From positions 1-64,000 of the forward strand of contig JAZDJR010000014.1 in NCBI GenBank assembly GCA_043803815.1: a stretch of DNA of 64,000 nucleotides, given 5' to 3'. This stretch comes from Candidatus Micrarchaeota archaeon (GTDB lineage: Archaea; Iainarchaeota; Iainarchaeia; Iainarchaeales; JAGVWC01). The stretch's first letter is position 1. The number at the start of each line of letters is the position of its first letter. This document shows, one piece after another, positions 10,283-20,747 of this stretch. The notes under the pieces were generated by a model that was not told the origin of the DNA, searched no databases, and worked only from the letters and a program-made list of their open reading frames with translations. Made by a program: the position numbers and the translations under genes.

Positions 10283-13200
10283 TCAGCTAATCTGATTGCA
10301 GGCCCAGTCGCTGTAATGCCCGCCGATTAAAGAAGTCAGGTCCGCGACTTTGGTGTTCGCGCCGAAAGCCGATGAATTCCGGCTTTGAAGCTCATTAATC
10401 AATTGGTTGCGGTTCCAGTACACAATCGTTTTGGAGCTATCCGAGTAAACGCACAATGCCTTGGAATCGTTGTTCAACAAATTAATGACGTCCTGCAGGC
10501 TATGAATTTTGAATCCGTTTTGCAGGTTGCTTTGGGGCGGAATGGTTTCGGTAAAATTCAATGAAACGGGCGTATTGAGGGCCACCGCGTTGGGCGTAAT
10601 CAGACCCAGGTCCCCTTCGATTTTTTGAATTTGCATTGGCTGGGTATTTGGATTGGTTCCCGATGCTTGGTCGGTTGGAACATAAAACACGCCGCCTAAT
10701 ACAACCTGTTTGCCGGCGTCCACGTTCGAGCCGACCGTATACGCAAAGCCGCTTTTTGCCGAAGACAAGTCAATCAAATCGTTTTCCCTTGTGCTTTTGG
10801 ACATGATTTGGTTGTCAAAATTACTGCAAATCAAATCCTGCGTGTCGGGGCGGTAACTTCCCGCAAGTTCCGTCCAAGTGGTAATCGTATTTTGTCCCAC
10901 TACGTTGGCGTTTGGAACAACCTGGAAGTGACCGTTGGCCTCGCCGTCCTTGGCGGTGATTTTAATTGCAACTGGCGTTGCGGTTGTCGGAGAAAACGCC
11001 AAGGTATATCCAGTGCCGTCGGTTTTGCGCTCGATTTGGAGCACCTGTCCACGGCGCGAAATGGCCGCGTTGTCCTGATTGGTTTCCGAAAAAGTATCAT
11101 ATAATGAAACGTTTACGCTGTTTCGGTCGGAAACAACATTGGCATCCAAAGTAGTCACGCATTGCCCGTTCCGGTTATTCAGGCAGATTCCTTCCCCGGA
11201 AAACCCGACGCCGTACCCTTCGCGGGTGTTGCCGGCTTCGCTTCCGACTTCACCGTCAAACGGCAGATAATACAAAACATTGGACAAATCAAGCGCTCCC
11301 TGCGTCCGGTAATTGAAAATAACCGTGATGTTGGCGTCCGCATTGTTGTCGGCATTGAATAATTGGTTGGAACTGGAAAGACCGGTCCGGATATCGATGG
11401 TCACGTGATAATTTGCCAGGCGCGAAATCAAGGGCGGGTCAAACTTCAGGCGATTGTAATCCAAAACAAATTTGGACAATGAATCGGACGCGGTTGTGTA
11501 GGATGCCGGAGTGCCAAGCAAAACGTCGCTTTTGTAGTACCGGTCAAAGTCTTTTCGAAAATCCAGATTATAGCCGTCGGGCATCAGCCATGCGTTAAAA
11601 TCCACGGTCGCGGGATTGATAAACTGAACCGCTTTAAGGGTGTCCTGCACGTTTTTGAGGCGCTGCAAAATTACCAGAGTAAACTGCGTGGCATCGCAAA
11701 CATGAGTGGAACAGTAATCCGGTCCGATGTGGTTCCAGTCCCAATTGTATTCCAGCATGACCGGCTTGACGATAACAGGGCCGGAAATTCCCGGAGTTTC
11801 CGACTGGCAGCCGCCGGTTTCTCCCGCGTTTATTTTAGCAACAAACATTTCCTGCTTAACCGCGGATTCCGTGTCCTGTTGCTGCCAATCCTTGTACAAT
11901 ATCAGCGCGTAATTGGTTTGGCCGACCAGGTTGCGGTTGGCCATTGTAAAATGCACGGTTCCGCCTTTGGATGAAAACTGGTTGTACCGCAGCACCAATG
12001 CGTCTTCTCCGTTGGGATTTGTTGGTTTGCATTCGGGGCAATAAACGCCTTGGTCAGGAACGCAAATTTGAGGAACATAATAATCCGCATTAATTGTAGG
12101 CTTGAAATTGATTCCCATTCCATTGTCGGTTTGTTCTTCCACGTCAAAATCGTATTTTGGCAAAGGCGATTTAGGGTCAATGCAGGTTTTGTTTTCAATA
12201 TCGCAGACGTCTTCCGCGTTAGGGCATTTCACGCCGTATTTTTTGGTAACCGTATCCTGCCCGTCCGTGCAATTTCTGGCTGCATCGGTATTGGCATAAT
12301 TCCCGTCCAAGTTAAGCGTATTTCCGGTTTCAATTCCGATTTCGCAAGCGAAAAATCCCGGCGGCTGGCAGCCGGCTTCTCCTGCGCAAAAAGTATCCGG
12401 ATGCAAATCAGCAGAGCACAACAATCCGATTGGCCCGCCGCTGCAGGAAATAACCGGTTTTTCCGGAGTGCTGCCGTCCCATCCCTGGGTCTTGCATAAT
12501 TCAACATTGGTCGGAATATTGGGTTGTCCGCATTCCAGTTCCGAAAAAACATTTTTGCATCCTTCCTCGCGAACCGCGGGGTCGGAGCAGTCTTTCGAAG
12601 CGGCTCCGCAAGCCGTATCTTTGGTATCCAATGAACAACCCTCTGCATTGGTCTCCGCAGCGGTGCAAGTTTCTGCCGCACAATTCGTTTCCGTGCAGAC
12701 ATTTCCCGTGCAGGGATAATATTTTCCCGCGGGATTGGGTGTTACGGGACGGCAAACCAGCAGGGATTCTCCTTCTTGTCCGGCTTCTCCGATTTCGCCC
12801 GGTGCGCATTGGCGGTAAGCCAGGTTGTGAAACGACCATCGGTCGCCAGTTTTGGTGCAGCTAATCACATAAACAGAATTATTGGGAATCCAAGGCCACT
12901 TATCGGAACCGCTGGCGGGATCAATATCGTCTCCAAGCTGGTGAATTGCGGGGTCGCCGGTTTGTTGGCTCTGTGCGATTTCAACTACGCGACTCAATAT
13001 TCCCTGCGTTATGCCATCGCGTGTCCCTTCAAACGGAAAACCGATTGCAGCTTCTATCATCTTGCTGATTCTCCATCCGACATAAATCGTGTCATTGTAA
13101 GCGTCAGGGCCCGTGGTTCCAACAAACTGCGAATCACCCACTTGACCTTCCCATTCCGGCAGGTTACAAATCACATCCTGTGCATAGTCTATCGCGGTCG

Positions 13201-13339
13201 CGGTGATGATCGCCGCAGTGATAAACCAAAGTGCAGCAAGTATAGCTATAATTAAAATAAAGGAAAGCATGAATTGGCCGGACGAATTCTTGATTTTCAA
13301 AAGCCCGGAACGGGAAGCCGTTTTTTTGTTTGTTTTCAT
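10283..13339 (-). CDS. Secreted/surface protein, 1018 aa, Cys-rich N-half; C-terminal domain paralogous to the 3100-aa protein
   Basis: Basic leader + SSGQ + hydrophobic helix; motifs CDATQFT, DGYxxDFxKDFxxYY, YxLPFDGxVG, RxGYGxGF and FxPTxATPV are shared with 788..10090. Confidence 0.85.
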   Translation of the reverse strand: MKTNKKTASRSGLLKIKNSSGQFMLSFILIIAILAALWFITAAIITATAIDYAQDVICNLPEWEGQVGDSQFVGTTGPDAYNDTIYVGWRISKMIEAAIGFPFEGTRDGITQGILSRVVEIAQSQQTGDPAIHQLGDDIDPASGSDKWPWIPNNSVYVISCTKTGDRWSFHNLAYRQCAPGEIGEAGQEGESLLVCRPVTPNPAGKYYPCTGNVCTETNCAAETCTAAETNAEGCSLDTKDTACGAASKDCSDPAVREEGCKNVFSELECGQPNIPTNVELCKTQGWDGSTPEKPVISCSGGPIGLLCSADLHPDTFCAGEAGCQPPGFFACEIGIETGNTLNLDGNYANTDAARNCTDGQDTVTKKYGVKCPNAEDVCDIENKTCIDPKSPLPKYDFDVEEQTDNGMGINFKPTINADYYVPQICVPDQGVYCPECKPTNPNGEDALVLRYNQFSSKGGTVHFTMANRNLVGQTNYALILYKDWQQQDTESAVKQEMFVAKINAGETGGCQSETPGISGPVIVKPVMLEYNWDWNHIGPDYCSTHVCDATQFTLVILQRLKNVQDTLKAVQFINPATVDFNAWLMPDGYNLDFRKDFDRYYKSDVLLGTPASYTTASDSLSKFVLDYNRLKFDPPLISRLANYHVTIDIRTGLSSSNQLFNADNNADANITVIFNYRTQGALDLSNVLYYLPFDGEVGSEAGNTREGYGVGFSGEGICLNNRNGQCVTTLDANVVSDRNSVNVSLYDTFSETNQDNAAISRRGQVLQIERKTDGTGYTLAFSPTTATPVAIKITAKDGEANGHFQVVPNANVVGQNTITTWTELAGSYRPDTQDLICSNFDNQIMSKSTRENDLIDLSSAKSGFAYTVGSNVDAGKQVVLGGVFYVPTDQASGTNPNTQPMQIQKIEGDLGLITPNAVALNTPVSLNFTETIPPQSNLQNGFKIHSLQDVINLLNNDSKALCVYSDSSKTIVYWNRNQLINELQSRNSSAFGANTKVADLTSLIGGHYSDWACNQIS

Positions 13340-16300
13340 GGAATAACTTCCGTAATATTATAGGTTTTGGCAGCATCGTTAATAACGTATTCGCCGGCGA
13401 TTTGCCTGCTTTGCACTTGGGAAGTGCCGCTGTCAAAAATCGTCAGGCTAATCGGCAGGTAACCGAGCGGGGAATCCGGCGCAATCGTTGCCGTTCCGTC
13501 AATCGTTTCGCCCGGAGCCAAGTCAATCGGCGTTGTGTCATCTCCGACATTGGTCAAAGTAATCGCGTTTAATTCCTTGATTAATCCGAATTGCATGCCT
13601 AAATTAATTTTGAATGTTTTGACGCAGTCGGTTCCGGAAGTAATCGTAAAAGGCAATTCGGTTGCTCCGCGAACCGCGTCACGCCGTTTTTGCTGGCCCG
13701 GAGAAACGGTATCCAAATCAACCGTAATGCAGGAAACCGGGTCTCCGAAAGCGATATCGATTCCGGTCATATCAAAGTGGCGCGTGGTATGATAACTGCT
13801 TTTTTCTGCTTCCACAACAATACAAGCTCCAACGCTTTGGCTGGTCATGGTCGCGTCCCTGAACCGGCCGTCGGTTCCCGTGCGTGCGTCTGGGCGGTCA
13901 ATGCTCCAGGGCAACTCTGCGCTTCCAAACGCTGCCGTCCGGTACTCGTCTTCGTTGCAATATTTGAATTTGGCGCGGACTAATGCTCCGGCTACCGGCA
14001 AATTCGTGACCGGGTCCTTTACCCTGATTTCAAACCGGTCTTCGGCAACCTGCCAGACTGAAATGCTTAATTGTTTTCCAGAGTCCACCTGAAACAATAC
14101 GCTTTGGTTTGTGGTTTCATCGGTTGAAAGCGGAACGGTTTCCAAAGAAAAATCCATGTTGGCGCTTAGTCCGCCGTCTTCCACCGATGCGGTGCTGAAC
14201 AAAACCGGATTTTGGATTCCCAATTGCGACGCGCTTTGGCTGCTTAAGGAGCCGCTGGCAGCGTATGGAGTCATTAAAATCAAAGAACCGGTTTCCGGAC
14301 TGACTGCGCGGACCGTGGCCGACGAAAAGCTGTCGGAAGACTGGTTTCGCAAAACATAAAATAACGAGTAACTCCCGTTTTCGGAAATCGGAGTCGCTTC
14401 TCCCGGATTCAAAGCCGGACTACTCAAACTGTTCAAAAAGAATTGCCAGGCAAACGGCGGGCAATCGTGGTTGCAGGTTGAGCCGCCGATTTCAAAGTTT
14501 TTTTGGTGGGCTGGGGTGCTCCAATTGGACTCGTCGCTTCCGATTTTTTCAATTCCCTTGGCCTGGAAATGCAGTTCAATCGGCGTTCCCTGCGCTAAAC
14601 CGCCGCGCGTCTCAAACTTGACCCACATGACATAGGTTCCCGAAGCCAAAGAATCGTATTTGGAATTCACCTGCTTGTAAATCGAAGAAACAATGTCGCC
14701 GTCGGGGTCGGAATAAATGTCCCCCAAATCCGTGGTCGTTGAAAACAAGGCTTGTCCTGAACCGCCGTCGATTAAGGTAACATTGGTAATCCACACGTTG
14801 TTGTCGCTGGCAGTCAAAACCGAATCTTTGCCCGCGCGCACATGCATATAAACATCTTTCCAGACTGTTGCCTCATGCAAAACCAAATCAAACACCGCCT
14901 GATACGAAGTTCCGGCTTTCATCAAATGGCCCGCATCCAAAGTGCGGCCGTCGTCTCCCAAAAGTTCGATGTATTTATACTCGATTTCGGTCGGATTGCC
15001 CGGATTTTCGCAGGTGTGCGAAGCCGTGTTGCAGACAAATCCGGCCTGGCAGTCGCTGTTGGCGCTGCAGGTTCTGCCGCATAAACCGTTTGTGCAGATA
15101 AATTCCGGACTGCCGCACGTGCTTCCTTCCGGAGTGCACGCGTTTCCCGTGGGGTCTGTGCACTGGTGCGAAACCGAATCGCAAACCAAGTGGCCGCACT
15201 GGCTGTTGGAAGTGCAGGCTTGTCCTTCCGGTTCCGCGCACAAGCCGAAATTCAAATTGCACCACTGGGGCGCAACGCAATCGCTGTTGGAATCGCAGGT
15301 GTTAAACGGAGCCAGTTCGCAAATGTGGGCTGTTGAACAGTAATAACCGCTGAATACGGAATAACATTCGCTGTTCGTGGCGCAGGTTTGCACGCATACG
15401 CTGTCGGTGCATGCCATGGGAGACGGGCAAATATCCGTTGCCGAACAGGCATCTCCCGGCCGCTTGGTGCTATAGGTCAGCCGGGCCTGGACCGCTTTGG
15501 TCTGATCCTTGTCGGTATGCAATTCCGCGGAATGAAATGTCAGGTAATTGTTCTTGTTCACATCAAAGCGCAAAATCTTGTTGGTCTTGATATCCTCGAT
15601 TTTGCATTTTCCCGTGGAACCGGTGGTGCAGCTTTTTAGGAAAACAAAATTGCTGGAATTATCCTTGACCAAAGCAGTAACCCCGGCTCCTGACAGCAAT
15701 TGGTTCGTATTGGCCGCGTCAACCGCCGTGATTTCAAAATCGCCGGTGGCCACAAACATCCTGACTATAAATTCGCTTTTGACTCCTGCAATAATCGGGT
15801 TGTTTCCCGACTGGCCGGCCGCGTCCAGTTCGGTTTTGGTTGCCGTGACAAAATATGTCTGCGTGCTTGTGGAAGGCGCAACATTGTAAATCATAATCTG
15901 TCCGCCGGTATTCGTGTCGGTCGTAAAAAGCGGGTTTGAATAATCCGAGCGATAAAGCGTGACATGGCTGGACGGAACCGGAACCGGCGGGTCGTCTTCG
16001 CTTACGGTCTTGACTAGTGCGATTCCGTAATTGACGGGAACTCCCGCGGAAGTTGTAATTGCGCGCTCGAGTTCAACTATGGTTGGAATCGTCGCGTTGG
16101 CATCCAATGCCACAAGGTCTTTTACGGTAATCAAAAATCCCTGCTTGTACAAAACCGCGCTGAAAGCGGAATCCCATTTTTTGTCCACATACTGTTCGAC
16201 GATTCCGGCATCATTGGAACTCCCGTTTCCGGGAAACAAACTGGAATGATCATACAACCGCACGGTCACGCTGCCCAGCGCTTCCTGCGAATTCTTGTCC

Positions 16301-17370
16301 ACGACTTTGAAAAACAATTTTTTGGCATTGCTTAAAGCAGGCAAGGCCAAAGCAACTTCCGCGGTCTGGTTTTTTTTGACTTCAAACGAGGAAGGGGTTT
16401 GCTGGTTTCGTCCGTCGGCTGCAAATCCGGATAATTTGTAAAATCCAATCGGAACATTGGTAATCAGCGAGCGGCCGTTCGTGTCAGTGTCGGGTCCCGC
16501 GTGCACATCCGCGGAATTGGACGCGTCCCAATACGAAATCCGCACGTTTCGTAAGCGTGCGTTCGTATTCGCGTCCGTTACGGTTACGCGAACGGTTCCG
16601 ACCTGCGGTTCGGTGCGAATCGGGTCCAATGCTACGGTTGTCGGATTGCTGATAATCAATTGGTTGGCTTTGGACTGGTACGTGTTTACGGGGCTAAAAT
16701 CCGCGCTTAATGTTCCGCACGCGGATAAGCGCTTGACAACGATTGTTCCAGTCGTGGTGGGAAGATTAGCCGGAGTCGGCGGGCTGGCCGTGCTTTGCGA
16801 ACAATGGAAAGTCACGTTTACTGTGGCATCATCAATCGGAGTATTGTCCTGGCTGTTCACCAGTTTAATCGTAAAATCAACATCAAGCGAAGCCGGTCCC
16901 GAATCCTTAATGAGTTTAATCGTAATCGCTTCTTTGGCGGAATCCAGTTCCACGGGTTTGTCTACCACGGGCTTGAATCCCGTTGCCGCAATGCTGACGG
17001 TTGCATGGGCTGTTGGGGTCAGCAGTAAAACGCTTATTTTTCCATTGGCGTTGGTGGAATAATCCGTGCTAGCTTCCCCGATTTTTACCGTAATATCCAC
17101 GTTTTGCAGGGGCTTGTCCAAATCATCCAGCAATAAAATTCCGGCGTTGTATCCCGCAGCCGGCGCCTGATTTTGAAAAATCAAAAAAACTCCGGCGCCA
17201 ATCAGCAGTATTGCCAGCAAAATAAAGAGGATAAACGAGGGAAATACCCTGTCGATAGGGTCAATAATCGAATAAATCGGAATCAACCGCTGGATTTTGT
17301 CCAAAATAGCGTAATACCCGTCTTCAAGGCCGTAATATAAGTCCCGCAAGCCCAAGGTTTCACCATTCAA
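13336..17370 (-). CDS. Membrane-anchored surface protein, 1344 aa, Ig-like repeats plus Cys-rich CxxNSDC repeats
   Basis: N-terminus DLYYGLEDGYYAILD..IPIYSIIDPID..PSF matches the 3100-aa protein; CATNSEC/CDSNSDC/CTSNSQC/CSANSDC repeats; ATGA overlap with the next gene. Confidence 0.85.
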   Translation of the reverse strand: MNGETLGLRDLYYGLEDGYYAILDKIQRLIPIYSIIDPIDRVFPSFILFILLAILLIGAGVFLIFQNQAPAAGYNAGILLLDDLDKPLQNVDITVKIGEASTDYSTNANGKISVLLLTPTAHATVSIAATGFKPVVDKPVELDSAKEAITIKLIKDSGPASLDVDFTIKLVNSQDNTPIDDATVNVTFHCSQSTASPPTPANLPTTTGTIVVKRLSACGTLSADFSPVNTYQSKANQLIISNPTTVALDPIRTEPQVGTVRVTVTDANTNARLRNVRISYWDASNSADVHAGPDTDTNGRSLITNVPIGFYKLSGFAADGRNQQTPSSFEVKKNQTAEVALALPALSNAKKLFFKVVDKNSQEALGSVTVRLYDHSSLFPGNGSSNDAGIVEQYVDKKWDSAFSAVLYKQGFLITVKDLVALDANATIPTIVELERAITTSAGVPVNYGIALVKTVSEDDPPVPVPSSHVTLYRSDYSNPLFTTDTNTGGQIMIYNVAPSTSTQTYFVTATKTELDAAGQSGNNPIIAGVKSEFIVRMFVATGDFEITAVDAANTNQLLSGAGVTALVKDNSSNFVFLKSCTTGSTGKCKIEDIKTNKILRFDVNKNNYLTFHSAELHTDKDQTKAVQARLTYSTKRPGDACSATDICPSPMACTDSVCVQTCATNSECYSVFSGYYCSTAHICELAPFNTCDSNSDCVAPQWCNLNFGLCAEPEGQACTSNSQCGHLVCDSVSHQCTDPTGNACTPEGSTCGSPEFICTNGLCGRTCSANSDCQAGFVCNTASHTCENPGNPTEIEYKYIELLGDDGRTLDAGHLMKAGTSYQAVFDLVLHEATVWKDVYMHVRAGKDSVLTASDNNVWITNVTLIDGGSGQALFSTTTDLGDIYSDPDGDIVSSIYKQVNSKYDSLASGTYVMWVKFETRGGLAQGTPIELHFQAKGIEKIGSDESNWSTPAHQKNFEIGGSTCNHDCPPFAWQFFLNSLSSPALNPGEATPISENGSYSLFYVLRNQSSDSFSSATVRAVSPETGSLILMTPYAASGSLSSQSASQLGIQNPVLFSTASVEDGGLSANMDFSLETVPLSTDETTNQSVLFQVDSGKQLSISVWQVAEDRFEIRVKDPVTNLPVAGALVRAKFKYCNEDEYRTAAFGSAELPWSIDRPDARTGTDGRFRDATMTSQSVGACIVVEAEKSSYHTTRHFDMTGIDIAFGDPVSCITVDLDTVSPGQQKRRDAVRGATELPFTITSGTDCVKTFKINLGMQFGLIKELNAITLTNVGDDTTPIDLAPGETIDGTATIAPDSPLGYLPISLTIFDSGTSQVQSRQIAGEYVINDAAKTYNITEVIP

Positions 17371-17453
17371 TATTAACTAAAACCAATTAAGTTAGAATCA
17401 AAATAAATAGGTTTCTGGCTTTTTAATGCTTTCTTTTTATTCATTTTAATCGA

Positions 17454-17807
17454 ATGGCCGAATTAAACGGCTTTGCCGAAAAAAAAGTGATTGGCGGAAA
17501 ACTCGTTAAAGCGCAGGTTCGCTTCGAAAAGACCATTTTGGAAGTCCGGCTCTTCGGCGACTTTTTCCTTCACCCCGAAGACACGATTTTGGCCTTGGAA
17601 AGCTGCCTGATAGGCCGACCCGTAGCCGACCTAAACGAAAAAATCCAGACCAAGCTGGAAAGCGAGCTCAAAAAGAAAAACGCGCAATTAATCGGCGCAA
17701 CAAGCGAAGACATCGCGCAAGTAATTACCCAAGCCATCCAAAACGCGCACGACGAAAATCGGCTTTCAAAAAACCCAAAACAAAATAAAACAATTGTAAA
17801 AAAATAA
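17454..17807 (+). CDS. lplB: Lipoate-protein ligase accessory (C-terminal domain) subunit, LplB-like
   Basis: KVIGGKLVK and LFGDFFLHPED motifs; adjacent to the catalytic subunit. Confidence 0.8.
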   Translation: MAELNGFAEKKVIGGKLVKAQVRFEKTILEVRLFGDFFLHPEDTILALESCLIGRPVADLNEKIQTKLESELKKKNAQLIGATSEDIAQVITQAIQNAHDENRLSKNPKQNKTIVKK

Positions 17808-17900
17808 TATCGGAATAAAAAATAAAATTAAACCCAAAGCAGCCCGCGAACGCGGCGGAAGTTTCGGGCGGTTCAAAAAAAATTAAAATAAATTATTTTT

Positions 17901-18656
17901 ATGGCTGGGCAAAACTGGCGCCTCATCGAACTGGAAACGCATGACGCGTTTACCAATATGGCTATTGACGAAAGCATCCGCGAACACGTTTTTGCGGGCA
18001 AATCCCCGCCCACCCTCCGTTTTTACCGCTGGAAACCAAGCGCGGTCTCCATCGGCTATTTCCAGTCCGTTGCACAAGAAGTGCACCAAAACGCCTGCCA
18101 AAAAGCGGGAATCGACATCGTTCGCCGCCAAACCGGCGGAGGAGCGGTTTACCACGATTTCGACGGCGAAATAACCTATTCGGTAATCGCGCCCGAAACC
18201 CTTTTTCCGAAGGGAATAACGGAAAGCTACCGAGAAATCTGCGGATGGATTATCGACAGCCTATCGCTTTTAGGACTGAAAGCGGAATTCAAGCCCATCA
18301 ACGACATTATTTTAAACGGGAAAAAAATCTCGGGAAACGCGCAAACCCGGCGCAGCCGCATATTGCACCAGCACGGAACAATTTTGTACGACGTCAATCC
18401 CGAAAAAATGTTTTCTTTTCTAAACGTCGGCCCCGAAAAGATTTCGGATAAGTTCATCGCCAACGTCAAGGACCGCGTCACCTGCGTGAAAAATAATTCG
18501 AACGCATCCCTGCAAGACACCTATGACTGCCTCAAAAAAGGATTCAGCGAAAACAAAACCGTAACCGAACAAAAACTTTCCGATTCGGAATCAGCGCTTG
18601 CCCAAAAATTGGCCGCGGAAAAATATTCTTCGGCCGAATGGAATTTTTTGCGCTGA
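17901..18656 (+). CDS. lplA: Lipoate-protein ligase A catalytic subunit
   Basis: NMAIDE, LRFYRW..SIGYFQ, RRQTGGGAVYHD, GKKISGNAQ and HGT motifs. Confidence 0.92.
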   Translation: MAGQNWRLIELETHDAFTNMAIDESIREHVFAGKSPPTLRFYRWKPSAVSIGYFQSVAQEVHQNACQKAGIDIVRRQTGGGAVYHDFDGEITYSVIAPETLFPKGITESYREICGWIIDSLSLLGLKAEFKPINDIILNGKKISGNAQTRRSRILHQHGTILYDVNPEKMFSFLNVGPEKISDKFIANVKDRVTCVKNNSNASLQDTYDCLKKGFSENKTVTEQKLSDSESALAQKLAAEKYSSAEWNFLR

Positions 18657-18660
18657 AACT

Positions 18661-18888
18661 TCAAAGCAGTTTTTGGAACTCTTCTACTGTCATCTGCAAT
18701 TCTTTTTTTATTATCCCGCTTAATAATTTTCGGTCGATTTCTCTGTTCGTATGAAATGGAACGATTGTAATTCGCCCATCGGGGTGTTCGAAAACACGAT
18801 GCGAACCCGTTTGGCGTTTTTCTTCGAAGCCAAGCTTTTCAAGAACCTTGCACAAACGATAGGGCTTGATAGGGAATAGTTTAGGCAT
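18661..18888 (-). CDS. hicA: HicA family toxin
   Basis: LEKLGF..RQTGSHxxFxHPDGR..VPFH motif; overlaps the upstream HicB. Confidence 0.9.
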   Translation of the reverse strand: MPKLFPIKPYRLCKVLEKLGFEEKRQTGSHRVFEHPDGRITIVPFHTNREIDRKLLSGIIKKELQMTVEEFQKLL

Positions 18889-19099
18889 TGACTACAACTT
18901 TTTCAACTTGAATCGCCGATATTCGGACTGGTCCGCGTTCGCGCTGAACATCCAAATACAATTCGATGGCTTCTTTTACGAGCAGACGCAATTCGGGTTT
19001 GGTTTTGGCCTGCGTATGGCATCCCGGCAGTTCCGGAACGTCCGCAATCCAGTAACCGTCCAGTCCTTTTTCAATGACAACCACAAATTCTTTTTTCAT
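18881..19099 (-). CDS. hicB: HicB family antitoxin (short form)
   Basis: FVVVIEK..GYWIADVPELPGCHTQAKT..EAIELYL; start moved to ATG 19099. Confidence 0.9.
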   Translation of the reverse strand: MKKEFVVVIEKGLDGYWIADVPELPGCHTQAKTKPELRLLVKEAIELYLDVQRERGPVRISAIQVEKVVVNA

Positions 19100-19190
19100 G
19101 TTTGCAATCATGCGGCGACCACTATATCTGATTATCGAAGGAATGAAAAAAGCAAAAGTTTTCGACACCCAACGAAGTTTTATGTAGCAG

Positions 19191-20609
19191 TTAAAACTTG
19201 TGCACGCTTTTTTTGAGGGCGTCTTCGCACGCTTCCAAAATAGCTTCCGAAAAAGTCGGGTGCGGAAAAATCGTGGACGAAACATCCTCCAATTGGCAGC
19301 CGAACTCGATGGCCATGGCCGCGGTTCCGATGAGTTCGGACACGCGGCTTCCCACCATCTGAAACCCCACAATCACATGCGAATTTTTTTCCGCGACCAC
19401 GCGCACAAACCCCTCCGGTTCGCGGCTGGCTAATGCGCGCCCCAAAGCCGAAAAAGGAAACTGTCCGACCAAAACATCCATTTTTTTTTCCGCTGCTTGC
19501 TTTTGGTTTAATCCGACAGTTGCGATTTCCGGGTCGCAGTACACCACGTTTGGAATCGCCAGATTGTCAAACGCTGCGTTTTCTCCCGCAATGACTTCGG
19601 CGGCCACTTTTCCCATCGCGCTTGCGCGATGCGCAAGTAACGGCGGACCCGTAATGTCGCCGACGGCAAAAATCGCGGGCTCCGAAGTCTGGCAAAAATC
19701 GTTTATCCGCACAAACCCGCTTTCATCCAGCAAAATTTTGGTGTTCTCCAAGTGAAGCGGCGCGGTATTGGGTTTTCGCCCCAAAGCGACGAGCACTTTG
19801 TCGCAACGCAGTTCCATTTTTTTTCCATCAACGACCAATTCCATTTTTACGTCGTTTTTTTTCACTTCGGTTTTTTCGACCGATGCATTCGTGAAAATAT
19901 GCACCCCGCTTTTTTCCAGTTTGGCGGAAATCACGGATGCGATGTCCTCTTCCAATGCGTTCAGGATGCGCGGGCTTCTTTGGACGATTGAAACCGTGCT
20001 GCCCATTTTGGCAAAAAAGGTTGCCATTTCAATCGCAATTGTCCCCGCGCCGATAACGACGAGTTCTTTTGGAAGTTCGGTCAGCGCTAACGCTCCCGTC
20101 GAATCCAGTACCGTTTGGTTATCCACGGCAAGTCCCGGCATTTCGTTGGGAACCGTTCCCGCGTCGATAATGCAGTGCCGGAAAATGATTTCGCGGGCCT
20201 CGTGTTCGGATTCGATGCGCAGTTTGTTCGGTCCTTCAAACCACGCTTTGCCCTGCATGATTTCCACGTTGTTTTTTTTGCACAGGTTCTGGATTCCAAA
20301 ATCCAGCTTGTCGACGACCTGCTGTTTCCAATCCTGCATTTTTTTGAAATCGACGGTTGTTTTTTCCGAAACCCAGCCCAAATCCCGAGCATGCAAAAAT
20401 CCGTAGCCGATTTGTGCCGCGGTCAAAAATGCTTTGGATGGAATGCAGCCGTCGTGCAGGCAGACACCGCCAAGGCCTGCGGCGCCGAATTTGTCCACCA
20501 ATAAAACGTCTTTTTTCAACTGGCCTAATCGCAAAGCGGCCACATAGCCTCCCGGCCCCGCGCCGATAACGACCGTATCGCGTTCTTCAATCATCGAACC
20601 GACAACCAC
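19191..20609 (-). CDS. lpdA: Dihydrolipoyl dehydrogenase (E3)
   Basis: GAGPGGY, GGVCLHDGCIPSK redox-disulfide motif, HPTFSE. Confidence 0.95.
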   Translation of the reverse strand: MVVGSMIEERDTVVIGAGPGGYVAALRLGQLKKDVLLVDKFGAAGLGGVCLHDGCIPSKAFLTAAQIGYGFLHARDLGWVSEKTTVDFKKMQDWKQQVVDKLDFGIQNLCKKNNVEIMQGKAWFEGPNKLRIESEHEAREIIFRHCIIDAGTVPNEMPGLAVDNQTVLDSTGALALTELPKELVVIGAGTIAIEMATFFAKMGSTVSIVQRSPRILNALEEDIASVISAKLEKSGVHIFTNASVEKTEVKKNDVKMELVVDGKKMELRCDKVLVALGRKPNTAPLHLENTKILLDESGFVRINDFCQTSEPAIFAVGDITGPPLLAHRASAMGKVAAEVIAGENAAFDNLAIPNVVYCDPEIATVGLNQKQAAEKKMDVLVGQFPFSALGRALASREPEGFVRVVAEKNSHVIVGFQMVGSRVSELIGTAAMAIEFGCQLEDVSSTIFPHPTFSEAILEACEDALKKSVHKF

Positions 20610-20747
20610 TTTAATCCCCCCGTTTTGTTTTTTTAATTTTAAATTCGCGGTCTTTTTCGTCGCGCAAACCGGCCAAAATTTCTTTTTTTGAATAAATTTT
20701 TTTTCCGGCCAATGCGCCCGCCATTGATTTTAGCTTTTTTGTTGTTG

